This document shows, one piece after another, positions 1 to 7,391 of a stretch of DNA of 64,000 nt. The stretch's first letter is position 1. Each line of letters starts with the position of its first letter. The translations under genes were made by a program, and so were the position numbers. The stretch covers positions 172,645 to 236,644 of the forward strand of contig CAZSCV010000001.1 of the NCBI GenBank assembly GCA_964605525.1. Reading direction: 5' to 3'. This stretch comes from an uncultured Bdellovibrionales bacterium (lineage in GTDB: Bacteria; Patescibacteriota; Minisyncoccia; Moranbacterales; UBA9337). The notes under the pieces are model-generated. The model was not told the DNA's origin, ran no database searches, and saw nothing but the letters and a program-made list of their open reading frames with translations.

Positions 1-191
1 TCGTCAAAAAAATATGCTGGATAAGAATTGGCGGTTTGACGCGGTTTCCGTATGGCTCAGCGAAGATCAAAAAGAAGCTAAAGTAAAGCATCTGGAAAGT
101 ATCTTTTTGTGAATTGAAAAAGGAGGAAAAGCATGATATGATGGCAATGTGGAGGCAGGCAGTAAATTAAGAGGATAATTATACAAAAAAT

Positions 192-539
192 ATGTTGGAC
201 AAAAATGTTTCAGATGAATTGAAGAAGATGCTACTTAGCGAGAAAGAAAAATTGGAAAACGATTTAGGAAGAATTGCCAATCCGACCGGAACCCCGGGAG
301 ATTATGAGGCAAAGTTTGAAGACATAGGAACAAGTAGCGATGAAAATGCCATGGAAGTGGAAGAATATGCCGACAAATTGGCGCTGGAAAACGATTTGGA
401 AAAACAACTCAAGGATGTTAATGATGCCTTGGAAAGGATGGAAAATGGGACTTATGGATTTTGTGAAAATTGCCAGCAAGAAATTGATATTGAAAGGCTG
501 CGGGCATATCCGGCGGCAAGAACTTGCATTAAATGCTGA
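192..539 (+). CDS. DksA/TraR-family C4 zinc-finger protein
   Basis: 115 aa; C-terminal CxxC-x17-CxxC (FCENCQQ...RTCIKC); acidic coiled-coil N-terminus typical of DksA/TraR. Confidence 0.7.
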   Translation: MLDKNVSDELKKMLLSEKEKLENDLGRIANPTGTPGDYEAKFEDIGTSSDENAMEVEEYADKLALENDLEKQLKDVNDALERMENGTYGFCENCQQEIDIERLRAYPAARTCIKC

Positions 540-576
540 ATCCTGCGAATTTACAAATCCTGATACAAATCTACAA

Positions 577-987
577 ATGTTAAGAAAAAAGTTATTTCTT
601 ATAATAGTTAGTTTGATATTTATTGATCAATTGTCAAAATATATTGTCCGTCTTTTTAATGAAGGCGGATTTTATATTTGCAACACAGGGGTGGGTTTTG
701 GAATAAAAATACCGGAAGTTATGTTTTTCTTCTTGTGGATTGGTATTGTTATTTTTCTGATTTATTTGTGGCAAAAAAAATACTTCGTGCATAATACTTT
801 ATACGCAACACTGATTTTGTCTGGCGCTGTTTCGAATATTATCGACAGGATTTTTTACGGATGTGTGACGGACTTTATTGATCTGAAAATATGGCCGGTC
901 TTCAATTTGGCGGATATTTTTATAACAATCGGAGCCATTGGGATTGTCTATACTATATGCAAAAAATCACCCGCTTCTCGCGGATGA
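577..987 (+). CDS. lspA: lipoprotein signal peptidase (signal peptidase II)
   Basis: Internal ATG of ORF 340..987; 4 TM segments; NLADIFI motif. The N-terminal part of the ORF-track call overlaps dksA in another frame and is rejected. Confidence 0.8.
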   Translation: MLRKKLFLIIVSLIFIDQLSKYIVRLFNEGGFYICNTGVGFGIKIPEVMFFFLWIGIVIFLIYLWQKKYFVHNTLYATLILSGAVSNIIDRIFYGCVTDFIDLKIWPVFNLADIFITIGAIGIVYTICKKSPASRG

Positions 988-989
988 TT

Positions 990-1069
990 TTTGTTTTGGA
1001 TTTTGAGCATAGAAGTTGGGGGTGCTTGCCTGCCTTTGGAGGGAATGCCCAAAATCAAAAACTCCTTAG
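990..1069. repeat. interspersed repeat family R1, copy A (overlaps RhuM stop codon)
   Basis: Left part ttggattttgagcatagaagttggggg resembles copy C (5238..5299). The 26-nt core 1043..1068 gaatgcccaaaatcaaaaactcctta matches copy B at 25/26. Confidence 0.6.
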
Positions 1070-2088
1070 TTTTCTCCAGTCGGTAAAGATTTCACAAACT
1101 TATCAAAATCAGATTCTATCGCTTGTGTTTTGTTATATTCATCATATTCTTGAAATGCTTTTTGCTCCGCTTGAGCGTGAGAAATTGAACCTTTTCCTTC
1201 AAGCACATCGTATTTATTGAATTCCAAGAAGTTATTTACGGACTCTGCCAGTTTTTCCATCGTGAGAGAGGTGTGATTTTCAATCAATCTTTCAATATAG
1301 TCAAAATAGCCGACGATACCTCTTTCTAGCTTCTTTATTTTATCTTCATTAAGATAATTTTTGGCGATAACTGTGTCTGATTTAAGAATCCTGCCTTTTG
1401 GAGAATTTTTCCAAGTTTTCAGTCCCATGAAAGGTTTTTGCTTGTCTGCTGTTTCATAAATAATCTCAGCTGCGGTTTTGCCGGTAATGGCAAAATGGAA
1501 TTTATTTTGAATTATCGCGTAAAAATTTTTAGCAATCTCGGATGCGGGACTATAATCCATGCTGCATTCAGCAAAAATATCCGTGATTTGCTGGTAAATT
1601 TTTCTTTCACTGGCGCGAATTGAACGGACTCTTTCTAGGAGTTCAAGGAAGTAATCTTTGTCAAAATATTTTCCGTTCTTTAGTCTATCATCATCCATTG
1701 TAAAGCCTTTGATGATATACTCCTTGAGTCTTTCTGTCGCCCAAATACGGAACTGAGTGGCCTCAGCTGAGTTTACTCGATAACCAACGGAAATTATGGC
1801 GTCAAGATTGTAGAATTTTGTTTGGTATTTTTTTCCGTCATTGGCAGTATATTCCAAAATGGAATGAACTGAATTTTCTAGTAGTTCGCCACTTTCAAAA
1901 ATATTCTTCAAATGTTTGGCGATAGCTGGCTGTTGCACGCCAAATAGTCTGGCCATCTTATTTTGATTCAGCCAAATATTTTCGTCATGAAAGTAAATTT
2001 CCACTTTTACTTTGCCACTTGGAGCTGTATAAAGTAAAAATTCTGTCAGCTCATCTTTTATGCTAATTTTATGATTGTTTTTGGGCAT
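1066..2088 (-). CDS. RhuM-family virulence/DNA-binding protein
   Basis: 340 aa; conserved RhuM blocks: EIYFHDENIWLNQNKMARLFGVQ, ISVGYRVNSAEATQFRIWATERLKEYIIKGFTMDDDRLKNG, ERVRSIRASERKIYQQITDI. Confidence 0.8.
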   Translation of the reverse strand: MPKNNHKISIKDELTEFLLYTAPSGKVKVEIYFHDENIWLNQNKMARLFGVQQPAIAKHLKNIFESGELLENSVHSILEYTANDGKKYQTKFYNLDAIISVGYRVNSAEATQFRIWATERLKEYIIKGFTMDDDRLKNGKYFDKDYFLELLERVRSIRASERKIYQQITDIFAECSMDYSPASEIAKNFYAIIQNKFHFAITGKTAAEIIYETADKQKPFMGLKTWKNSPKGRILKSDTVIAKNYLNEDKIKKLERGIVGYFDYIERLIENHTSLTMEKLAESVNNFLEFNKYDVLEGKGSISHAQAEQKAFQEYDEYNKTQAIESDFDKFVKSLPTGEN

Positions 2089-2146
2089 GAATTTTGTATT
2101 TTAGTTGAATGAAGCTTGTCTTTATTTTACTATATATGGAGCCTAA

Positions 2147-2176
2147 GGTGAATGCCTAAAATCAAAAACTCCTTAT
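2147..2176. repeat. interspersed repeat family R1, copy B
   Basis: ggtgaatgcctaaaatcaaaaactccttat; near-identical to the copy A core; lies just upstream of the RhuM start, so the gene is bracketed by direct repeats. Confidence 0.6.
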
Positions 2177-2397
2177 TGCTTGTAATTTCCGGATTGGTCA
2201 AAGTTCCGCGTAAATGAGTCTCTCCTTCGCAAATCCGCGCACGATATGAAAATATAGAATGATTTTCCTTATTATTAGTGCCCTTTTGAAATTTTTTCCG
2301 CTTTAAGCCCCGTCCTTGACAAATGCTAAATTTTTGCTAAACTACTTTGAACACTAATCTTGGTGTTAAATTGCTCTTACAATTAAGGAGGCTGAAA

Positions 2398-2730
2398 ATG
2401 GCTACAGAACCGAAAAAAGAGGTGTATATTCAATTATGGCAATATCGCTCATCTGCGCTACCTTCGGAATATGGTTTTTCTCTGCATTTTTTAAAAAAAG
2501 ATTGGGAAGCGTTTGTCAAAAATTTTTGGGTGAACAAGCCTGACGATGCCCCAGCAACCTATGAGTGTCAATTTGGTCGACCGTTTCTTTGTGAGATCGA
2601 TCAGGAAATGTTTATGAGAGTAAAAAAAGAAGAAAGTATAAGATTGTACAAAGATTTTCCAGTCGGAATCCCAAAAAACTTTTTAAACCCTGACGCGTGG
2701 GCAAAAACTAAATATTCATGCCCGGAATAA
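2398..2730 (+). CDS. hypothetical protein
   Basis: 110 aa from ATG with RBS aaggagg 8 nt upstream; no recognisable motif; lies between repeat R1 copy B and R2 copy a. Confidence 0.4.
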   Translation: MATEPKKEVYIQLWQYRSSALPSEYGFSLHFLKKDWEAFVKNFWVNKPDDAPATYECQFGRPFLCEIDQEMFMRVKKEESIRLYKDFPVGIPKNFLNPDAWAKTKYSCPE

Positions 2731-2763
2731 ACATACCATCTATCATTCACTCACTAAGCTTTA

Positions 2764-2800
2764 CCCCTCGCGGAATTTAATTCCACTTGGGGCTTTTTTA
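2764..2800 (+). terminator. putative Rho-independent terminator
   Basis: cccctcgcggaatttaattccacttgggg imperfect hairpin followed by ctttttt. Confidence 0.35.
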
Positions 2801-2858
2801 AAAAAATTTCAAAAGGACTATCTAAATAAATATATTTTTGAACAAAATTTCGGACAAC

Positions 2859-2879
2859 GTGCGGCGGACATGAGAAGTT
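2859..2879. repeat. interspersed repeat family R2, copy a (partial)
   Basis: gtgcggcggacatgagaagtt; matches the 5' part of copy b at 4475..4495. Confidence 0.5.
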
Positions 2880-2941
2880 GCAACCGAAGGGAACAATTTG
2901 AGTGGAGAAGTCCGCAAGACTTCGTAACCTCATATCCCTTG

Positions 2942-4327
2942 TTATATTCCCCGAGGGGCTGAAATTGCAAGCTTATTCTTTAATCTAAAAACTTTATCAT
3001 AGAAAATAATCATTACAATTCCTAAAGGTGATGTGATTACAAACGTATTTTCCTTTAAAAAAGGATACGACGCAAGCAACAAAATAGTTGGGATTAAAAT
3101 TGAATAAAAGCTTGCATCAGCCGAAGTCTTTTTAGAGTAAATTCCCGCAATAATTGGAGGTACAAAAATTAAAGCCATATATGTTACAAATAAAGACAAA
3201 GTTATGATATTAGGGATTAAAAAAGCAATTAAAAACCCACCAATTCCAAATATAGCGGTTATAAGCCTAGCATAAAAAATTTCTTTTTTTGAATCAAATT
3301 GATTTTTCTTAAATATCCCTCTGTAAATAATAGTTGAACCTCCAACAAGCAGGCTATCGATTGAAGACATAATAACTGCCAAAATTGAAGCGAAGCCAAT
3401 ACCCACAAGATACGGCGGGAGAATTTTATCCATAAGTAAAAATATCGCTGATTCTTGTTTTATTCCTGAAAGCAAAACAGAGGAAAGTAAGCCTAGGAAC
3501 AAAACTATGAAACCAAGAAGAATTACAAAAGGAATAGACCAGAAAAATGAATTTCTTGCAACTTTTTGGTTTTCAGCTGAAAAAATTCTCTGCCAGTGGG
3601 TTGTATTCCCCAAATATAAAAACCCGCTTAAAATTATTACTCCTATCATCCAACCTATTCCACCGAAACCAAATGGATTGAGATGTCCCTCCGGAACGCT
3701 AGATAAAAGATTTGAGAGACCGCCAACTTCACTATATCCAACAAAAGCAAGGATTAAAAAAACGATCAGAATTATCCAAAACTGAATAAAATCCGTAATT
3801 ATATCTATTTTTAAACCTCCAATTGAGGTATATAAAATAACAACTAATGCAGATAAAATTAAAGCAATCTCATATTCTACACCAACTAAAACAGCAGCCA
3901 AGGATGTAATTGCCACTGCTTGAACCCCAATCCAGATGATTAATAAAAAGATTTGTAAAATACCAGTTAAAATTCTATTTTTGGTATCAAATCTTTTTGC
4001 AAAAAAATCAACAATCGTGTGTGCGTCATATTCATCACCGATAGCTTTTATTTTTTTAGCCATTATTCCAAGAATTAACATTCCTGCAACAAAAGAGATT
4101 GGCAGTGCTAAGCCATAAGAAATGCCCGAGTTATATACTTCTGAAACTACCGCAACCGTTGCACCAGCTCCGACAACGGTCGCAACAGTGGAAAAAGTCA
4201 TAAGCCATAAGCTTGTTTTTTTGTTATTCAAAAAGTATGCACTCAAAGATTCTTTTCTTGAAAAATACCAAGCAATACCAAACATTAATGCAAGATAGAT
4301 GAATAAAATAATTAGTGTTGTATTCAT
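2942..4327 (-). CDS. sodium:solute symporter family transporter
   Basis: 461 aa; about 13 TM; N-terminal region YFLNNKKTSLWLMTFSTVATVVGAGATV typical of SSF (PutP/PanF-like). Confidence 0.7.
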   Translation of the reverse strand: MNTTLIILFIYLALMFGIAWYFSRKESLSAYFLNNKKTSLWLMTFSTVATVVGAGATVAVVSEVYNSGISYGLALPISFVAGMLILGIMAKKIKAIGDEYDAHTIVDFFAKRFDTKNRILTGILQIFLLIIWIGVQAVAITSLAAVLVGVEYEIALILSALVVILYTSIGGLKIDIITDFIQFWIILIVFLILAFVGYSEVGGLSNLLSSVPEGHLNPFGFGGIGWMIGVIILSGFLYLGNTTHWQRIFSAENQKVARNSFFWSIPFVILLGFIVLFLGLLSSVLLSGIKQESAIFLLMDKILPPYLVGIGFASILAVIMSSIDSLLVGGSTIIYRGIFKKNQFDSKKEIFYARLITAIFGIGGFLIAFLIPNIITLSLFVTYMALIFVPPIIAGIYSKKTSADASFYSILIPTILLLASYPFLKENTFVITSPLGIVMIIFYDKVFRLKNKLAISAPRGI

Positions 4328-4464
4328 ATTATAAAGTTAAAGAATAAATATCCTTATTAAGTTTTCTAAAACCCGCGCCCTATTCATTACGTCTTTTGTG
4401 ATAGCAAGGACAGAATGTGCAAAACACCAAGGTGGCAATTCAAAATATCAATTTTCACGACGAT

Positions 4465-4547
4465 TGAATATAATGTGCGGCGGACATGCGAAGTTTTTGT
4501 CCGCTTCCTTAATTATATATAAATAGAAGAAAAGGGCAAAAATTTGG
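4465..4547. repeat. interspersed repeat family R2, copy b (full length, contains hairpin gcggaca-N11-tgtccgc)
   Basis: gaatataatgtgcggcggacatgcgaagtttttgtccgcttccttaattatatataaatagaagaaaagggcaaaaatttg; about 62 nt near-identical to copy c. Confidence 0.65.
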
Positions 4548-4637
4548 GAGAGATCTTTCGGAAAAGACCGAACCACATATGCCTTATTATCAAATATATT
4601 GCTCTTTTGCCATCCTAATTACAATGCTTTTAGAGGA

Positions 4638-4671
4638 GTGTGAGGCGAAGATTGATATCTTCACCTCACAC
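4638..4671. other. 13-bp stem hairpin (one mismatch) immediately 3' of the 86-aa minus-strand ORF
   Basis: gtgtgaggcgaag-attgatat-cttcacctcacac; no clear U-tract. Confidence 0.4.
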
Positions 4672-4683
4672 ACGTATGCCAGG

Positions 4684-4944
4684 TTATATGATTTCGCAAT
4701 CATCTTCCTGAAAAAAGAGCAACGGATGGCGCGGTATAAACACATCTCTAATCCAAAATTCTGCTGCACTTCCTTTTTCAAATTCAAATAGATGTTCCAC
4801 CATATCAGACATTCTTACAGCGTAGTGGCCACATCGTATAGGTCGTTCAATAATTGGAAGTACTTTGCCCACTAACATTTCTCGTAAACAGTACGGCTCC
4901 TCGTTTTGTTCAGGCGGAGTGCGTAAAACTTTGATTAAAGTCAT
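4684..4944 (-). CDS. hypothetical small protein (86 aa) in a repeat-flanked cassette
   Basis: Strong RBS (aggagg, 8-nt spacer) before the ATG at 4944; no recognisable family; flanked by R2 copies b and c. Confidence 0.45.
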   Translation of the reverse strand: MTLIKVLRTPPEQNEEPYCLREMLVGKVLPIIERPIRCGHYAVRMSDMVEHLFEFEKGSAAEFWIRDVFIPRHPLLFFQEDDCEII

Positions 4945-5035
4945 TGTGTCTACCTCCTATTTATTTAAGATTAATTGGAACCCCTATAAAAGCATTATAT
5001 AAAATGTGTAAAAGAGCAATATTTCCGACGTATCC

Positions 5036-5100
5036 GAATATGAGAAGTTTTTGTCCGCTTCCCTATTATATATCAATAGAAGAAAAGGGCAAAAATTTGT
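5036..5100. repeat. interspersed repeat family R2, copy c
   Basis: gaatatgagaagtttttgtccgcttccctattatatatcaatagaagaaaagggcaaaaatttg; lacks the 5' hairpin arm present in copy b. Confidence 0.65.
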
Positions 5101-5237
5101 GTTGAGTCCCGATATTCCTTATTTATTTTTAAAAGTGAAATCGGGATGAACCTCATATCCGGTGTTGGACGATGTAAATTTATTTTCTTTTTTTATTTTT
5201 TAAATTTGCTTTTATTCTAAATAGATCAAATAAGTTT

Positions 5238-5299
5238 TTTTGTTTTGGATTTTGGGCAGAGGGGTCAGGGGTGAATGACCTTTCCCCGAAACTCCTTAT
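5238..5299. repeat. interspersed repeat family R1, copy C
   Basis: tttgttttggattttgggcagaggggtcaggggtgaatgacctttccccgaaactcctta; shares both ends with copies A and B; lies 15 nt from the OLD-gene stop. Confidence 0.55.
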
Positions 5300-5314
5300 A
5301 ATATTAAAGTATGA

Positions 5315-7021
5315 TTACTTCAGTAGACTGTCTAATGCTTCAGAATAATTAGAAGCAATATTGTAATTGTATCTTTTAACTTTTTGCCAAAAAAGATACT
5401 TTACATCATCGTTATTTTTTATTAAGTCTTTGGCCTCTGCTTCAGATGAAATATTTTTTCTTCTTATACATCTTTCAACGCTAGCAAGTTTGGTTGGAAG
5501 AGAGTTTTTTGGAACCCAGGTTCTTGTATTGTAAATATCCGAGATGCATTCCTCGAGATGGTTTTCAAATTCAGAAAATAGATTTTCTGCAGAAAAGTTT
5601 TCTGGTAGAAAAATTAAAAAAACGTTCTTGGTGTCCTTAACTTTATATCTTTCAAATCCGATTTTTGACTTATCGAGTGTATTGTGTTCATAAAATCTAG
5701 AGACTTCATTCTTTCCTTTATCACTGTCTATTATAAAAAATATTTTGTTATTGATAACAAAAGGTGCCGATTGAAAAACGGCAATAAATTTCGATATTTC
5801 CGTAATGCCATTTAAGCCTTTCGTAACATTTATACCAGTATCAATAAATTTTTCAATTGTCCCTGTTTTTTCATCTTCTACAAAAATCAAAGGCTCATTT
5901 TTAGCTGCTAAGAAATAGGCGAAGAAATTTGGGTCACCCATTATTTTACCGATTTCTTTGATTTCGTCATCGGTGAATTGTGAGGTTTGCTTATTTAGAC
6001 TAGATCCAAGAATATTCCAAATAATTTTTTCTTCTGCTATTCTGCTGCCTGCTAATAGCACAGGAGAATGTGTTGATATGATCATTTGAATATTGTTAAG
6101 CCATTTTTCAGAGTTTAATTGTTTGGCTAAATTTGCCAACAAGTCAACATGTAGGAATGATTCTGGCTCCTCCAACAACCAGAGAGGGTGGTATTCTCCT
6201 CTGTGCAAGGTTCGATCGCTGTCAAGTAAGAAGTGTGTAAGATAAAGTATCGTAGATTGTGCACCAGTGCCTTGTGATGTTAATTCAATTTCTGGCGCAC
6301 CCTTGTAGCCAGAAAAATTTATATCAGAAATAGTTATAATATCCCTGATGCTTTTGGGCAAGTTAATAGAAATGCTGCTATCTGGCCACATTTTTTGGAG
6401 ATTTTCAGTTAAGGCACCGGAAAGATAGCTTTTTGACTTTTTTCTTAATTCTTCCCATTCATCTTGCAATTTTTTTATACTCTGGGTAATATTCGATCCT
6501 CTGCCCCAATTTGCCAATAAACGCTGACGTAATTTTTCTTGAGCATTTATTAATAAAGATTGTCCCTCTTGAGGATGTAAATATGTCACTTTAAAACTTT
6601 TTAAAATCTTCAAGATAGCGTCAGGAAAATTTCCTTTTAAAATATCACCATTTATTCTGTATGATGTGGTGACAATTTTTGTGTCGGTGGCGACAGAAAA
6701 ATATTTAATAATTGTTAATTTGTCACCGTACTCTTTAATTAATTCCTGTTTGAATTTTGGAGTGGTTAATTCTTCTAGATCAAATGTTAGGGCTATTTCA
6801 GCGATGTTAGACTCTTTCTTTTTGCTTAAAAACGATGTTTTGTTAATGATATTTCCATCAGATAAAACAGAGTCATCAAAAAAGGCATTTATGGCATATA
6901 ACACGGTGCTTTTTCCAGAATTATTTACACCAACAAAATATGATCCCTCACCTAGATTGAATGATACTTTTTCGCGAAATGTTTTAAAGTTTTTAATGGA
7001 TATTTTGTTGATCAGTGGCAT
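5315..7021 (-). CDS. OLD-family ATP-dependent endonuclease (ABC ATPase + TOPRIM), class-1-like
   Basis: 568 aa; Walker A GVNNSGKST; Walker B/D-loop LLEEPESFLH; H-loop ISTHSPVLL; C-terminal TOPRIM acidic motifs FVEDEK and FIIDSDKG. Confidence 0.75.
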   Translation of the reverse strand: MPLINKISIKNFKTFREKVSFNLGEGSYFVGVNNSGKSTVLYAINAFFDDSVLSDGNIINKTSFLSKKKESNIAEIALTFDLEELTTPKFKQELIKEYGDKLTIIKYFSVATDTKIVTTSYRINGDILKGNFPDAILKILKSFKVTYLHPQEGQSLLINAQEKLRQRLLANWGRGSNITQSIKKLQDEWEELRKKSKSYLSGALTENLQKMWPDSSISINLPKSIRDIITISDINFSGYKGAPEIELTSQGTGAQSTILYLTHFLLDSDRTLHRGEYHPLWLLEEPESFLHVDLLANLAKQLNSEKWLNNIQMIISTHSPVLLAGSRIAEEKIIWNILGSSLNKQTSQFTDDEIKEIGKIMGDPNFFAYFLAAKNEPLIFVEDEKTGTIEKFIDTGINVTKGLNGITEISKFIAVFQSAPFVINNKIFFIIDSDKGKNEVSRFYEHNTLDKSKIGFERYKVKDTKNVFLIFLPENFSAENLFSEFENHLEECISDIYNTRTWVPKNSLPTKLASVERCIRRKNISSEAEAKDLIKNNDDVKYLFWQKVKRYNYNIASNYSEALDSLLK

Positions 7022-7286
7022 AAAAAATATTTAAATCGTTTTCGCAGCGATAGCGGAGAAAACACCTTATTCCCCCTCATTAATTAATAAAAAAACAAAA
7101 TCGAATTCTTTTTAAGAGTTGGGCGAAGCCCAAAAGAAAATATGTATTTCATAACTCGTTATTATGCGAAACTCTAGTTTTTTTTGCGTGTTTTTTGTTT
7201 ATGTAAAAAGTATAGCATATATTCATTTTCGTGTAATCTGGCGGATATTTTCATACTTTTCGGCGTCGTGATGTTGGTTTTTGGTT

Positions 7287-7318
7287 TTGCGGGAAATAAA
7301 AAAGAAAAGGTGGTATAA
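7287..7318 (+). promoter_or_regulatory. candidate extended -10 promoter for comM
   Basis: tggtataat (TGnTATAAT) at 7310..7318; weak -35; about 55-75 nt upstream of the comM start. Confidence 0.3.
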
Positions 7319-7391
7319 TAAGGGAAGTAAAAAGTTAAATACATGGCGCATAATAGAAATTTGATGTTTTTTGTTATGTGTTTCATGCATA

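Noticed and set aside
2-115. Short frame at the window start encoding ...MLDKNWRFDAVSVWLSEDQKEAKVKHLESIFL-stop, whose MLDKN and surrounding ~24 nt resemble the dksA-like start at 186..211
   Set aside because: Too short and truncated by the window edge to call. Similarity of two A-rich 24-mers may be chance. Noted only as a possible relic duplication.
340-576. N-terminal 79 codons of ORF-track ORF 340..987
   Set aside because: Overlaps the dksA-like gene in another frame, with no LspA similarity until the internal ATG at 577. Treated as a frame read-through artefact.
4579-4791. 70-aa plus-strand ORF overlapping the 86-aa minus-strand ORF
   Set aside because: No RBS; contains the hairpin. The minus-strand ORF has the strong RBS and is preferred.
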